64,000 bases of DNA from Raillietiella orientalis (lineage: Eukaryota). The stretch covers positions 1,984,001 through 2,048,000 of the forward strand of contig JAYWIR010000030.1 in the NCBI GenBank assembly GCA_036172245.1. Reading direction: 5' to 3'. Each line of letters opens with the position of its first letter. The stretch's first letter is position 1. The notes under the pieces were generated by a model. The model ran no database searches. It saw nothing but the letters and a program-made list of their open reading frames with translations, and was not told the origin of the DNA. Both the position numbers and the translations under genes were made by a program. Shown piece after piece: positions 63,150-64,000 of the stretch.

Positions 63150-64000
63150 ATAGACACTGACAGCCAAATGATGCAGCCAGGAAACGAGCCTTTGACAGAC
63201 CAGAATTTCACTGCCGCCACCCCATCGTCCGTGCCCCTACGGAGGAAGCAGAAGGGAGCAATCTGCAAGCACGTTTTCCAGTCCGAGAGAGAGCACTCCG
63301 CTGGTGCCTCAGAGGATTGCCCTCTTCAGGTACATTTGGCAGCAGGCCCCACCCCTTGATGCATGGATCGTGATCTCCTTCCCTCAAAGGTTCAGTGCGT
63401 CTTCCCGTTCGCCATTAAGGCGCCTCGCCGCTCTCCAAGACCGACGGAGACCCCCCATGTCGTCTCCGGAGCTCTTGCTCGTTGAAATCAAATCGCCTCG
63501 ACGGGAAACTCAACTTTTGCGCTAGCTCCATCGCCCCTTGACCCAAGCAAAGTACTGCAGGTCAGAAGCACGGAAGACTGTTGCCGATTTTCCTCGTGCT
63601 TTTTCTTCCTTCCCCATCTACAAAGCTTGGGTCTTCACCCAGCAGGGGAAAGACACTTCCCATCCTTCGACTTCGGCAAGTAAGCGTCCTCACAAACAGT
63701 GCTTATCAGTAAGAAGACGGGGAAAAAAAGAAAAAAAAAAAAGCCAACGTCCGGGAAGGCAAGTGTCAACTGGTTTAATGAGCTTCCGAGCAGAAGTCGA
63801 AAGAAACGACAAAAAAAACAAAAAATTGGGAGGGGGGGGGGGGAACAGAGATGCTTGCTTGCTTTCTCGTTGAAAAATCGGCTACTCCATCATTCCTTCC
63901 TTCTTCAAACCCAAGGAATACCCGCACTCTTTCACCCACAGCCCGTGCTGAGAGTCCCAAAGTGCTTTCTCGGAGCTTTCCACGTAGCAGCATCGTTCTC
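63150..64000 (+). mobile_element. Degenerate LINE RT fragment running off the window end
   Basis: EPLTDQNFTAA (~PITxxExxxA), IVISFPQR (~IIxLxPK), H*GASPLSKTD (~NWRPISLLNTD), ADFPRAFSS (~LDFxKAFDS). Confidence 0.5.

Noticed and set aside
1..64000. Prokaryotic operons, retrons/DGRs, CRISPR arrays, rRNA/tRNA genes, telomeric repeat arrays
   Set aside because: I saw no gene-dense coding structure, no regularly spaced repeat-spacer units, no recognisable structural RNA and no telomere-type tandem arrays. The RT remnants are linked to APE endonuclease, so they are LINE-type.

Overview
Eukaryotic, gene-free window. I find no intact protein-coding gene, rRNA, tRNA or CRISPR array. Almost all 64 kb reads as abutting, heavily decayed non-LTR retrotransposons of L1/Tx1-type architecture (ORF1 with putative RRM/zinc knuckles; ORF2 = APE endonuclease + reverse transcriptase + C-terminal CCHC zf-RVT). 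There are roughly 25-30 fragments on both strands, several spanning nearly all of ORF2. I recognised them by eye from degenerate motifs in the correct order across frameshifts, so boundaries are approximate (about +/-100-300 bp). Exceptions to the LINE background are a probable intronless UPF2 pseudogene (about 1.2-2.6 kb), a hAT-like MITE (11.9-12.5 kb), a 112-bp-arm fold-back (42.9-43.4 kb) and a perfect 21-bp-arm palindrome (61.0 kb). The most striking signals: the dead LINE 3' ends are homogenised (a 724-bp tract with one SNP between copies 19.2 kb apart; a third, inverted copy is mosaic), their 3' UTR carries a stem-loop with compensatory changes, and 3' ends abut same-orientation truncated elements without poly(A). 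This is consistent with, but does not prove, a self-targeting LINE cluster such as a Zepp-like (peri)centromeric array. The organism cannot be identified from this window.
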